Shown here: piece after piece, positions 32,864 to 44,816 of the stretch
How positions within the stretch are numbered: the stretch's first letter is position 1
Layout: the number at the start of each line of letters is the position of its first letter
NCBI GenBank assembly: GCA_052426225.1
Contig: JBNJNM010000006.1
Span: 2,356,001 to 2,420,000 of the forward strand
Reading direction: 5' to 3'
From: Zancudomyces culisetae HAW-14-8
Lineage: Eukaryota > Fungi > Kickxellomycota
DNA length: 64,000 nt
The notes under the pieces: generated by a model
Told to the model about the DNA's origin: nothing
Databases searched by the model: none
The model's input: only the letters and a program-made list of their open reading frames with translations
Made by a program: the position numbers and the translations under genes

Positions 32864-35800
32864 CTAGAGTCTTGCTTTTCGTTCCGCCTCAAGAGAAACT
32901 GCCTCGTTCCACGTGTTTTTTGACAGGCTAGGTTCAAGTTTTGCCAATGACAACAGTCTATTGAGTATTCAATTAAACCAATACAGTTTAAGTACACCTT
33001 CAATCGAATATACTCCAAACACCATACATTGTCAACAAAGCAACAAGCATGTGCAAAGTGAATAGCATCTTACCTAGCAACCGTCAGCGTCGCAAACAAA
33101 TCGTCCTGAGTTGGTAGTGGGCTTCCCGAAGCTTTGGCTGATTTTCTTGCGCTGGCAAAGCTTTCGGAGATCATCTATGTAAAGGTAAATATATTCCCTA
33201 AATCAGCACTCTGCACAATGTTGTTTTATGTATATATTTAAGTTTCTTGTTTATATTTGGGATAAACATATCCGAGTTATACAGGCACCAAATGGGATAG
33301 TCCTAAAGATGGTGAGAAATGTGAAATTAGAATTACATCTGAAACGTCTTGGGGAATCGTAAAGGCGTACGAGGATGCAGCTGTGACATATTCTCTGAAC
33401 CTGTTGATTAGCAGGCTATCTTTGCGATTTAAACCTGCCATCTTCATAGCACTACTTGCCTGCGGAGATAAAGGCAAGATAATATCGGTCTATTACGATT
33501 TATACATTGTCAGTACTACAAGTCGAGTTTAGCGTATAGTATAGTAAATTATTGCATAAAGAAAAAGGCTTAATAAGCGAAAAGTCGTCTAATTACCTTC
33601 AGTAGCGATTTTGCATGTGAAAGAACTAAGATACGCGTATCCAGGTCTATTTCAATACTCTGGAACGGGTAAATAAAATCCAATTTTTGCTCCTTGATCA
33701 GGCGCTGCATAGCATCAAGATTTTTTAAACCTATTTTTCATGCACGAATTTAAAAAGAGACCATTACTGATGGCACTGAATAAGTGGGTATTTGAGAAAT
33801 GGCTAATAAATAGGACACCACGAACCTTGTTCTTTAAGCTCTCCTTCATCCATTGTGGTTTCATCAATAGCCAAAAGTGTTAGGGGGCATACTTGCAAGA
33901 GCCCTGAACGCAAACCACACACTTCATTGCTGGGGGTGCACGGGTGTCTGCTTAGTAGAGAGATAGAAAGAGGAATAGTTACAACAGCCGGCAACAAAGA
34001 CTTCAAAGTAGTTAGTATGTTTTGGATTGCAACACTATGGCTGTCGAGCGAGCCTACTCCAAATGAAGACGGTGCCGCAGCAGGGGCTTGGATCCTGTTT
34101 GCATTGGGATCAAGTGGTAGTCCTGTCAGATTTATGGTCAGCTTTCCTGCGTTTTCGGCTCTTGTGTTCCTATAGTCGGTATATGGTATAATTTCTTTTA
34201 GAAAATTTCAAATGGAACGCAAATGAGATTACTTTACAAAATCAACATACGCCCTGGATAAAAGAAGTAACAGCAAATATTTTGCTACCAGACTGTCCCC
34301 ACCGACTGACTTGGCTATGTACTCGGTTAGTTCTTCTCTAATGTGCTCATCTTCTATAAAGTCATAGTAGGAATATAAGCTTAGGGTATAAATTCAGTCT
34401 ATTTGGGTACTTACTTTCAGAACATTTGGGTGGCTGGTATGGAAAAAGTAAGGGAAGTGGTGCAGAACACAGGACTTTTATACACGGGTATTCGAGTACT
34501 TTTGAGTTTTCATCACAGTACTGACTCCAGTCAAAAATTCCAATAACCTGGATTGCTTGGTTGGCTTTATAGTCAATATTATCCCCATAAAACTATTTTT
34601 TTTATGTTTGTTACATGTTTGTACTAGTTGTGTATTGACATCTTGATTGTTTGAACGAATGCTCAAATGGTTGGATTTGAAAGGAAAATAGAAAATGTTT
34701 AATTCTGCAACTCCAAACGTAAGCTACAACATCTCATATCGTAAAAACGGGATGAGGTTTGTTTCTGTTGGTATTCAGAATTCATCTTCATAAATGACGC
34801 AAATGGCTGTTTATAAATATTTCAACTTGTTACCTTCAAGATAGCTGATGAAAACTCTATTTGAGGTAGCGGGAATCGAGATCTAGTCTCGACCATAAAC
34901 TCCTGGTATACTTTGTCATCAACATGTTCTTCATGATCGCAGCTAACATCGTTCCTACTTTATTTTATTTTAGTTGTTAATGTTATTGGCATTTCAAACA
35001 CTTTTCATTTTGAAAGTTTTGTGTAAATAAAAATAATAGCAACAGGTGAATTTTAACACATACACTAGCCATTCAGATCTACCCGGAATACTCGTACAGA
35101 ACATTGCCTCTGTATCCAACGCCAATCTCAAGTTGAAATTCGCACTTTCCTTCCATCCATTGTCCAACTTCTATAATAATACAAATAAAATCTTGTATTT
35201 CTTGTCGCAAGGCTTATCTACTCTTCAAGCTTTTTGTAATATCAATCCAAGATTTATTATCGCAAACTTTTATATTAGTGTAGTACATATGGCAGGTAAG
35301 GTTTACCTTATTATCGATCGTATACTGAATAAACTCATATTTCTATTTATTATATTCGGTTGTTAATTGAGAAAAAGGGAGATACTATTAATATAAAACC
35401 AGCAAATAAGGTACCTTTTCATTCGATTCTTCATTTTCAAGTTCAACACCCATTAGTTGCATTTCTTTTGCAAGATTTGGATCCTGGACCATGCATTCAA
35501 ATCTTACAAGTGTTCCTGGTTTTATTTTTTTAAGGTCTGCTCCATCATAATTAAAAACCTATTAAATTAGATGCTGCTTGTTATTTCGATCCAATTTATA
35601 ATGAGACAAGTATAAATATTTTCATACTGTTCCTAGAATCAGTTGTTGACATAACCCAAAATATAATAAAAGTTTACAAATCATTTTTACAGTTCTCTTA
35701 CTCCACCCCTCATATAACAAAATTAGGTGTTAATATAGGAAATTGCAAAGCAGTTTTATACCTTTTCATATAGCTCAGGCTCCGAAAAAATGCTTTTATA

Positions 35801-36015
35801 GTACTCTTTTACACGCTCACTAGTTTTTTCTATTGCCTCGATCCCGTCATTATGTAGTTCGATTTGTTCAGCTATATGTATTCGAAGTTGAGAAATATTT
35901 TTCTTGAGTTAAATATCGATATTTCAGATTTCAATCCTTTTAATCGCTATTTACCATAAATTTCGCGGATAAATGCCTGTGAGTCGTTAATACTTTTAAG
36001 ATTCTGTGATTTCAT
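32864..36015 (-). CDS. MCMBP: Mini-chromosome maintenance complex-binding protein (MCM-BP), many short exons
   Basis: Exon translations PGTLVRFECMVQD, GDSLVAKYLLLLLLS, LRSGLLQ...IDETTMDEGELKEQG, RFREY, and C-terminal RLLSLAK...WNEAVSLEAERKARL* (stop 32864-32866). Start at 36015 is inferred. Confidence 0.85.
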
Positions 36016-37535
36016 TTTTATCCCATAGACCAAATGTGTGTGCTGGACTGATTCTTTATTAATACTCTATAACAACAAAAGTGTGCAAAGTAAATCTGCA
36101 GATTAAAAATACTGAATTTCTTTAAATAAACACAAAAAATTGTTGAAGAGCTATTTTTATTGGCGGGGTTTATTTACAATTACACATACAAATTGGCTGG
36201 TCGCTAGTAGCATCAGTAATAATTAATCGATGACTTAAATTGCACAGGGTTTATACAAGCCGTGTTCTTAGGGGAGGAGGGCTAGACAGGCGTGAATATT
36301 GGTACATAATAACACATACTAGCTCAACATATTGATGTTTCACAGTATGCTACACTACCAATACCGATGGATAACTGTATGCGAACCACAGATCAAGGTT
36401 ATTTTCTATTTGCACATAACCAATAAATCGAGTTTACACTCCTCGGTAGTAGGAATAAATGACGATTGCTGCTTTTACACTGCAATAGAAACATTGATAT
36501 GATAAGTGTACTAAGATATTTTGCTTGTGAAGGTTTGGTTATGATACCGGATCATATTTTCTTTATCCAATATTTTTCATAGCATCTTCAACAGTAATTA
36601 GTTGTGATGCTACTTTTAGGTTCGCAAAAAATATTTTATATAGAGTTTAGGTTTCACTTGTCTCTTTATCCTGTATGAGTATGTGAGAAAATACACAACT
36701 TTTTAACTCCAAGATTAGCAGAGGTAGGAAATAGATAAAGGAAGAAAGGTGTGATGGAAACTACAGTTGCTTCCCTATAGTCGTGTTTATCAAGTTGATA
36801 ATTGGGTACAACGTATGGTGTATAAAGACAAAATCTATAGGCATACCATCATTATATTATTATAACTACAGATAAGAAGTAAGGGATAAAAGGTTTTTAT
36901 GGATTATACAATCTAGATACGATGGTACAATCGTCATTAGCAGCTGGAATGTATGTGTTTGGTGGTTGAGGACTATGAGAGCAATTACTTCAGAGAAAGT
37001 AGTTCCTCCTTGTACAAACTTCGTTTGATGATTTGGTGTTTGACACTTGATTTTCTCTGCTGGAGTCTTGTTTGTCATATATGTGTAAGTGATAATGCAA
37101 AGAACATACTTTGATCTCACAGGCACGTGGCCCAATATTGGATTACTGGAAAATAGCAAATAAACAAGGAGAAAAGACACTGAATATTTTACAAGTAATT
37201 TATTGGACCAGTTACATGTCGATTTGGTGAGCTCGGCTGTTTATTTTTTTTTTTGAGCAATATAACGGGAATGTGATAAAAATGACCTGGATAATCCCTT
37301 TAATCCTTGCACTGTACTTTGTGGGTATTAAACAATTTCAATTAGCTTAGCCTTAATTTGCTCAATTAGCAGATTTCTTAGATTCTCCATATTGTAGTCC
37401 ATAAGTGGGTTTAATAATTTGAAAACTCATTTCATTTGAATGCGTAATTAAATTCAATATACTAGCCCCTATTTAGCTACAAACTACAAAACAATAATAA
37501 GAGCAATAAAAGTAAAACAATAAAAATAAAAATAA

Positions 37536-38573
37536 ATGGCAAACAAAACATCGACTGACCGGGAAGTCCGAACAAATTCTGAGCAACACAAGGGCTTCAG
37601 AGGGGATAAGCACGGAAATTTAAATTCTAACGGAAAAAACGCTGTGAGAAAGCGGAGGAGTTATAACAAATTCGAAAGAAAGGCTAAAAAGGAACATGAG
37701 GCGATAATCGAGCACAAGTATGCTGAACGCGTGATAAAATGGGACCAGCTCCCGGCTTGGATGAAGGATAACATCTATATTCTATCAGGATACAGAGCCC
37801 CAACAGGGTCATATAAGAAGTGTATTGCATCATTGTTGTATCTACACAATGAGTTTGTGAATGTATGGACGCATTTTTTGGGCTTTTTAGGCTTTATTGT
37901 GCTGATGTTTACTACAGCTATTTGGGGTTTCCCAAAGCTAGAAACCGTAACTTGGAGCGATGTAGTGGTAACATACATATTTTTGGTGGGTGCAGCCGGT
38001 TGTTTGCTACTATCCTCTACTTACCACCTGTTCTCATGCCATTCTCATGGAGTTTCCAAGGCATTAAACAAATGCGACTACATTGGGATAACGTTACTCA
38101 TTACTGGGTCATTTGTGCCTGTATCTTTTTATGCGTTCTACTGTCACGAGATTTATAAAATTATATACATAGGCATAATATCAGTACTGGGTATTATTGT
38201 GGGATATTGTTCGATTAGCCCAAAGTTTGCACTTCCAGAATGGCGGGTCTTTCGTGCCACTACATATGTCGCAATGGGAGTATTTGGAGTAGTGCCTACA
38301 GTTCACTCGTTGTGGGAATTTGGGTATACCCACTCGATTCAGTCCTTGCAGCTGGAGTGTTTACTAAAAATGGCATTCTTTTATATTTCTGGTGCAGCAA
38401 TATATGGATCTCGAATTCCCGAGCGCTGGTTTCCAGGAAAGTTTGATATATGGATGCATTCGCATTCGATTTTTCATTGTTTTGTCCTGGTCGCTGTTGG
38501 GTATCATTATATAGGTGTACTTAAAGCATTAAATTGGACCCACTCAGTTGTTGCTAACACATGCCCTGTATAG
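37536..38573 (+). CDS. PAQR/IZH family (adiponectin-receptor-like) 7-TM protein
   Basis: LPAWMKDN.YILSGYR, HNEFVNVWTH, STYH, DYIGI, RIPERWFPGKFDIWMHSHSIFH. Confidence 0.95.
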   Translation: MANKTSTDREVRTNSEQHKGFRGDKHGNLNSNGKNAVRKRRSYNKFERKAKKEHEAIIEHKYAERVIKWDQLPAWMKDNIYILSGYRAPTGSYKKCIASLLYLHNEFVNVWTHFLGFLGFIVLMFTTAIWGFPKLETVTWSDVVVTYIFLVGAAGCLLLSSTYHLFSCHSHGVSKALNKCDYIGITLLITGSFVPVSFYAFYCHEIYKIIYIGIISVLGIIVGYCSISPKFALPEWRVFRATTYVAMGVFGVVPTVHSLWEFGYTHSIQSLQLECLLKMAFFYISGAAIYGSRIPERWFPGKFDIWMHSHSIFHCFVLVAVGYHYIGVLKALNWTHSVVANTCPV

Positions 38574-38994
38574 GTTACTAAATCCATGCGTTTGTCAATC
38601 CCCAAGTCATTTGCGGGCTACCTTTTTCTTTATATACGAAATTTTCAGCTCTTTGAGAAATGGAACAGGGAAGTATCTGCGTTCCAATGAATGTTGCTAT
38701 GCTTGAAAGAATACTTATTATATTTTATTTGCTTAGCTTGGTTTTCCATTTTTCTGTTTATCCTCAAAATGGTCTTTTTTGATATTTAATTGTGAGTAGT
38801 ATTTAAGATATGGATTTAAGCATTGTAATAAACAGCGCTCATAATAAGAAAGAGTGATGAGCTTGGATCGATTCCTAGTATTTTTAACATACAATCATAC
38901 ACCATAAAGCCCTTAAGACATTTTAATTCACATTACCCAAGCTATACTAAAAGCAAATGCAGTTTTCAGCGGCAAAAAAAAAAGTAAATAACTA

Positions 38995-41900
38995 TTATCT
39001 ACGCCTTTTAATACTATCTCTTTGACTATCCGTGCTTTGCTTCCGACGTTTATGTGAATAGTCATCTCTGTAGCGGCCGCGGCTACGGCTGCGACTACGG
39101 CTATAGTTGCTACGACGACGATCGTAGTCGCGGCTATTACTGCGACTGTTACTGCGACTAGGGCTGTTTCTTCGTTTACGAGTATAACTGCGATCGCGAC
39201 GGTTGTCTTGATGGCGTTTGTAGGAGGTTCTGCGGGTAGATGAGTATGGTGACGTATCACGATATCTCGTATTTCTGGAAGACTTCAGGCCAGAATGTGA
39301 ATGTGAACGCGAGCGGGAATCGGCAGAATTGGTTGAATGCTTGGCCTTGTGATTGCTAGGTCTAGAAGGGCTGTGGTGGCGAGCCTTTCGTTCTGGGGAT
39401 TTTTCATTGTCATCTCGAGAATCAGCCGAATGGCTGGGCGATCGAACATTTACATGCAGCTTCTCAACAGATGGACCAGATTTTTCATCTGCAGCAACTA
39501 AGGTTTGCCGAGTAGGTGCTGGTGATGACTGAGGGAAAAGAGTGGATGCTGAGATCGTGGAAATTGGTCGAGATGCGATGGTTCTGTGCGGTCGAGATCC
39601 CCTTCCAGCTGACGAGCCTCGTCTACCTGAAGAGGTGCTTCTGCGAGGGTTGCTACGGTCACGAGTGGATTTGTCGTTTTTCTTGGGCTGATAACGTGGG
39701 TGTGGTGAGGATCTTGATGAAGATGATGAAGAGGGTGATCGTGCTTGATATTTTTTATATCGAGAGGAAGGAGATCTAGATCGAGTTCTTTCATCAGAAG
39801 AATAGCTATGCCTTCGTTTTGGTTTTGGTTTTGGTTTTTGTTCTGGTTTTGATTTTGAAGTTGATTCTCTGTCTTTAATAGACGAGCGCACAAGTTTAGA
39901 TCGTGTTTTACTTTTATATTTAGAATCTGAATCAGAGTCAGACTCGGACTCAGACTCGGACTCGGATTCAGAATCTGACTCAGATTCGGATGCAGAGCTG
40001 GATTCTGACGTAGATCCATCACTAGAACTAGAGTCAGAATCGCTACTAGAATCAGAATCAGATGTTTTTTTTGTGGCATTCTCGCTTAGCCACTCTCTTA
40101 AATTTTCAGTTAAGGCACCCAAGCCAATACTTGTATAGTAATTGATAGCAAATCTACAGTTTTTAAGACTATCCTTGGGAAACATCCCTGAAGATACCAA
40201 ATCAAACACCTCAGGATCATGTAACCGCAAGTACAAATTTTCAAGGCCCATATTTTCAGCTAAATCCTGCAAAAGAATCTTTACAAAAATTCTTGATGAT
40301 GGTGTTGTGGCCTCTTCTGTTAATTCAACACAGGTCAGGATGTTGAATGGAACGGCATCACGTGACAACAAATGTCCGAAAAATCTCGCAATATGGCGTA
40401 GATGGTTGGTTTCGTACTGGTGAATATTTACATAACATTCTACAAATGAACGGCAGAAGGCATCTCTTATTTTCCTATTAACTTTACACAGTCTTTCACC
40501 TGTCAACCCATAGAAAGATTTGTATGCTCTTTCTTGAGAACAACATTCAATAACCATTTTGCACAGTTCACCGAGGTCGTTGTCAGGTATTTGTAATTTC
40601 AAAAGCTTGTGGGTTGCCTCCTCAAATCCCAAACTCGACATTAAAGTCAAGTATACTGTTCTTCGAAGGTTGAGAAGTTCGGTTTCTGTAAGGTCTTTGA
40701 TAACATTTTCCTCCTCCTTACCCTTTCCTGCCTCACCCTCCCCTTCTTCCTCATCATCGCTGTTTTCTTCCTCTTCACTGCTACCTTCTGCCCCCTCCTC
40801 ACCCTCCTGATCACTTTCATCACTCTCTCCAAGAATCTCTCTCTTAATGGAGTTATACTTTTCTTCGTTGACCATATACTCCTCGTCAAATTTAAAGACA
40901 TCGAGTTCATTTTGAACGTCGATTTCCTCATCATCCAAACTCACCTCGTGAACTATCTGATCCTGCTCCTCTACCAAATCAAGCCCCTCTGGAACTGACA
41001 CGTTGTCTTTAAAGCCGTCTCGTCGTATCTGAAACAGAACCTCGATCATGTACTGCACCCGTTTATCTATTTCTGCCTCGTGTAAAATCGAGCGGAATGT
41101 TTCCATTACCGCCCCAAGTACTTTTGGTGCAAGTTCGTTTAAAAACGCACCCACTTCCTTTAGAAATCCAATAGCTATTTCTACACTATCATCTGTTGGC
41201 CTAACTAGCAGCAATTCTAGAATTTGGAATGCCAATATCTCATGCACTACTCTTTGGTTTGTTAAATGTGCCAAAAACTGTGTCGCTGCCAAACACCGCG
41301 CTTTGTCATCTCGTTGAAATGCCTTTCTGAATTGTACCACCAATCTTGACACCAGTAGATCACCCACTGTTGGTAGTCTGGTGTTTATTATAGCCACAAG
41401 GGATGCATATACTGGCGTATATGTGGGTGACAAGGACTGTGCCCTGATAATTATTCTGCAAAATAGACCTCTACCCCTAATCAGATTTAAGCCGAACAAC
41501 TCACCAACAACATCTCGGATATTCGTCTTGTTTACTTTATTTATTAGGCCTTGAACTTTCTTTTTCAGTTTCTCCCACTCTTCTTTCTGTCTTTTAACGC
41601 TCATTTCCTTGTCACCTTCCGTTTGATCCTTCTCTTGCTGTGCTTGCAACTCTCTAAGCTTTGCAGGTGGAATATAATTCCCAACTGTGCTAACTACTCT
41701 TTTAGTTTCGACATTTCTATTTTGGAGCTCTCCATTTCCTTGTACTCTTTCTGGTGCGCTGTACTTGTGTCGTTTGTCACTTTCATCGCGCCCATACCTT
41801 CGTTCAGTGCTTTTTCGTCGGGTGTATTCTCTGTCCCTGCTCCTATCCCTGTCTCTATCTCTGTCTCTACCCCTGTCTCTATCTCTGCTTTTCCCTCTGC

Positions 41901-42159
41901 GCCTATCTCTACTCCTGTCTTGTTTTCTATACTTGCTGCGATCTTCATCTCGTAAAGCCTTTTTCTCGCTTCTTTCTTCATCTCTACTACGTTCCCTTGT
42001 TCTCTCATTTCGTTCTCCCTTCATTCGTCTATCCTCACCTGGTTCTCGACTAATACTCGCATCATCTTTCATTTCTTTTTTACCTGACCTTTTCTCACTT
42101 GTACCCCTATCCGAGTCATCACTTTCAGACCCCGCATTTATTGGGCTCCGCGAATTCAT
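38995..42159 (-). CDS. CWC22: Pre-mRNA splicing factor Cwc22 (MIF4G and MA3 domains) with long RD/RS and SE/SD tails
   Basis: YIPPAKLR, GLINKVN, RGRGLFCR, PTDDSVEIA, LRRTVYLTLMSSL, ECCSQE, RFAINYYTSIGLG. Confidence 0.96.
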   Translation of the reverse strand: MNSRSPINAGSESDDSDRGTSEKRSGKKEMKDDASISREPGEDRRMKGERNERTRERSRDEERSEKKALRDEDRSKYRKQDRSRDRRRGKSRDRDRGRDRDRDRDRSRDREYTRRKSTERRYGRDESDKRHKYSAPERVQGNGELQNRNVETKRVVSTVGNYIPPAKLRELQAQQEKDQTEGDKEMSVKRQKEEWEKLKKKVQGLINKVNKTNIRDVVGELFGLNLIRGRGLFCRIIIRAQSLSPTYTPVYASLVAIINTRLPTVGDLLVSRLVVQFRKAFQRDDKARCLAATQFLAHLTNQRVVHEILAFQILELLLVRPTDDSVEIAIGFLKEVGAFLNELAPKVLGAVMETFRSILHEAEIDKRVQYMIEVLFQIRRDGFKDNVSVPEGLDLVEEQDQIVHEVSLDDEEIDVQNELDVFKFDEEYMVNEEKYNSIKREILGESDESDQEGEEGAEGSSEEEENSDDEEEGEGEAGKGKEEENVIKDLTETELLNLRRTVYLTLMSSLGFEEATHKLLKLQIPDNDLGELCKMVIECCSQERAYKSFYGLTGERLCKVNRKIRDAFCRSFVECYVNIHQYETNHLRHIARFFGHLLSRDAVPFNILTCVELTEEATTPSSRIFVKILLQDLAENMGLENLYLRLHDPEVFDLVSSGMFPKDSLKNCRFAINYYTSIGLGALTENLREWLSENATKKTSDSDSSSDSDSSSSDGSTSESSSASESESDSESESESESESDSDSDSKYKSKTRSKLVRSSIKDRESTSKSKPEQKPKPKPKRRHSYSSDERTRSRSPSSRYKKYQARSPSSSSSSRSSPHPRYQPKKNDKSTRDRSNPRRSTSSGRRGSSAGRGSRPHRTIASRPISTISASTLFPQSSPAPTRQTLVAADEKSGPSVEKLHVNVRSPSHSADSRDDNEKSPERKARHHSPSRPSNHKAKHSTNSADSRSRSHSHSGLKSSRNTRYRDTSPYSSTRRTSYKRHQDNRRDRSYTRKRRNSPSRSNSRSNSRDYDRRRSNYSRSRSRSRGRYRDDYSHKRRKQSTDSQRDSIKRRR

Positions 42160-43051
42160 CTTCGCCTTATTTTCTGTATTGCTATTAGGTAGGTGTTCCG
42201 ATTTTAAACAGGTCTTTATAATCCACTTTTTATCCCTCTTCTGTTTTTATTCTATTCCTCCACAGGTTGTTATTCTCTAGAAATACACCAATTTCCTTAT
42301 TTTTATTTCCACTTGCTTATTTTTTTTCAAGCAATTCGCAACAAAAAAAAATATTTTTTTGAATAATTGCGCTGTTTTCGCGAAAATACCTGAGAAAAAA
42401 ATCCAATGAAAAAATAATACCTCTGTTCAAACATTGCCTTTATAAACCATTAGGAAAATATTTTGAGTTGGTATACCTGATGTAACTGTACATATCTACA
42501 CACCATTACTAAAGGATTCTTATCTCCGACTACATCTTTATTAGAAGAAACAGTATCATTTGGAACACTCACTAGATTATTGCCCAGGCTCTAATCTCGC
42601 CTCCCTCCCTCTCAATACCTCGACTTTTTTTTTGTTCGGCTCACTCTCTGGTGGCGATTCCTCAAAGGTTTGGGCATCCTATTATTGTTATTTTTGCCTG
42701 GATACTTTTTGATATTTCTTCACGCTATTTATGCTCATTTTTTCAGCAAAAAAAATTTTTTTGATCCAACCTGGCCCAGTATTTACACTATTTTTTTATT
42801 TAACCTGAAAATGCTGGGACATTCATAATTTAAAAAATATGAAAGAAACTTTGTCTGAGTAGTCGAAAAAAAAGATTAATCAACTCCAGCTGTTGGAACA
42901 ATTATTGCTTTTCTGATGTTTGCAGTTGATAAAGAAAAATATTTGTGCAAAATCAATCAATTTGTTTTCTAGTTTATTTTTTATTTACTCGATTAGATTT
43001 CAATACTCTTTAATAGATTCACAATAGTAGTATATAGAAAATACGAAAAAA

Positions 43052-43798
43052 ATGTTCGGGAGGATCTGGGGAGCGGCAAAGGTTGTCCGCAGTGGACTAA
43101 ATACAAACGTACAACTGCTAAAATCGACTGCACCTAAAAACAGTATAAATCTCAGTTCGATTGTGCAATCTAAAATCCAATCCACCTCAATTCTTCAAAA
43201 ATCAATACACACACATTCAAAAGGTGTGGTATCCAGCCTTTTTTCATTAAAAACAACAAAAAATAACACATATCAGCGCCAATCTACTAGAGCATTCAAT
43301 ACCCTGCAACCCAGATTTCGAAAGCACAAAAAGGCACAAAAGGGAAGGGTCCCAGTTCGTGTAGGAGGAAGTACAAAAGGAAATTATTTGGCATTTGGAA
43401 AATACGGCTTGCGTATATTGGAAGGATGTAGAATTCACGCAAAACTGCTAGTTAGTATTTATGCCACACTTCGTAAAGCCACCAAATCTTTTAAAGGTGC
43501 AAAGATTTTTCTTCGCGTTTTCCCAGATATCCCTGTTTCTTCCAAGGGCAGTGAAGCAAGAATGGGTAAAGGTAAAGGCAACTTTGACTACTACGCATGT
43601 AGAGTGCCTAAGAACAAGATTCTTATTGAACTAAGTGGTGGTGAGAACGACAGCATCGGCGTGGAGGTGGCGAAAGAAGCCTTCCGGCTGTGTAAGTATA
43701 AATTACCAGTTAGATCAAAATTTATAGTTTTGAATGAGCGAACAAAACAGCCTGAAGTGCTTCCACCAACTACCGTTCCTTTCAAACACGCAAAATAA
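43052..43798 (+). CDS. MRPL16: Mitochondrial ribosomal protein uL16m
   Basis: Presequence, then RKHKKAQKGRVPVRVGGS, FGKYGLR, RMGKGKG, KLPV. Confidence 0.95.
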   Translation: MFGRIWGAAKVVRSGLNTNVQLLKSTAPKNSINLSSIVQSKIQSTSILQKSIHTHSKGVVSSLFSLKTTKNNTYQRQSTRAFNTLQPRFRKHKKAQKGRVPVRVGGSTKGNYLAFGKYGLRILEGCRIHAKLLVSIYATLRKATKSFKGAKIFLRVFPDIPVSSKGSEARMGKGKGNFDYYACRVPKNKILIELSGGENDSIGVEVAKEAFRLCKYKLPVRSKFIVLNERTKQPEVLPPTTVPFKHAK

Positions 43799-44299
43799 GC
43801 TTTTAATTTGTGATAATGTTTCTTTTTTGATTTTTTTCTGTTTTATTCGTTAAGTATATTCTACAAAAATGCTGCTAAAACTTTTGCCTGTGCATTTTTA
43901 CCATACTATTACCTTTGGCGAGAGGTATTGATAAATAAATAACTATTTTGATTATACAGTATCCTCTGTGGGGGGTACTTTTATATTTCTTGGTTCAGCA
44001 AGTCTATGTATCTTGTGTGTTTATGGTTTAGAGCTTGGGCTTAAATCTTGCTTATTTCAAAAAGGATCCATCCACTCTAAAAATATCTAAGCTATTGAGC
44101 TTATTTGTAATCTTGTGGAGGGCCAGTATAGATTCAACAACATTTGCTAGAGCTCTGAGTAGTTGAGAATTCACGGTGCGGGCTTGATCTGGATATGTTA
44201 GTATTTAGAAGCATGTGTAAATGCCTTTTCAGTCCCATGGTACAGAGTATATGTTGAATTCTTGCTTTGCCTGTACATCCCAGATTATCAATGTGTGTT

Positions 44300-44816
44300 T
44301 TATCTCACAAAATACTGTGGCGGAAAGGTGATAGCTTCGTGGTATTTTGGTGGATTTATGTACGCATCATAGTTTAGTGTTTCTACACTATATGCCGGGG
44401 AAAGTGTTGGGCTATACCCATCAATGTTGACCAGAGCATTTTCTGCATTGATACTGTATTGATCCATATTTTGTGTAGACACTCTTTTAAATTGTGTTCG
44501 TATATCCTATTTAAGTGTATGCTTGTATTATTAGTATATTAAACATTGAAGATGTGTATAAATAAATAAATAATCTGACATCTTTGCAAATAATTACCTG
44601 TATTTTCACTAACAAAAGCAAGGAAAACGATATAAACAGTATCATTGATAGAATGAGTTCCATATAACCTTTGGAATAGATATCACCATCATCGGCTCCT
44701 AATAGTGTTACAAAGTCGTATATGAATAGTCCTAGTGAAACTATCACACCAACAAGATACACCGAGCAATGGAGGTATCCATTATTCCACTTTAATTTGC
44801 GAAGCAATGATATCAT
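44300..44816 (-). CDS. Hypothetical 141-aa two-TM protein with a PY-motif tail; exons 44598-44816 and 44300-44506
   Basis: Phase-0 intron (GTAATT...ACTAAT...TAG) joins two ORF-track fragments in frame; tail contains SPAY, PPKY, PPQY. Confidence 0.7.

Noticed and set aside
36711-36722. AAGATTAGCA resembling U6 snRNA
   Set aside because: No ACAGAGA box upstream and no U6 internal stem-loop downstream.
41551-42280. Overlapping plus-strand ORFs rich in L/S
   Set aside because: Antisense of the RD/RE-repeat N-terminus of CWC22.
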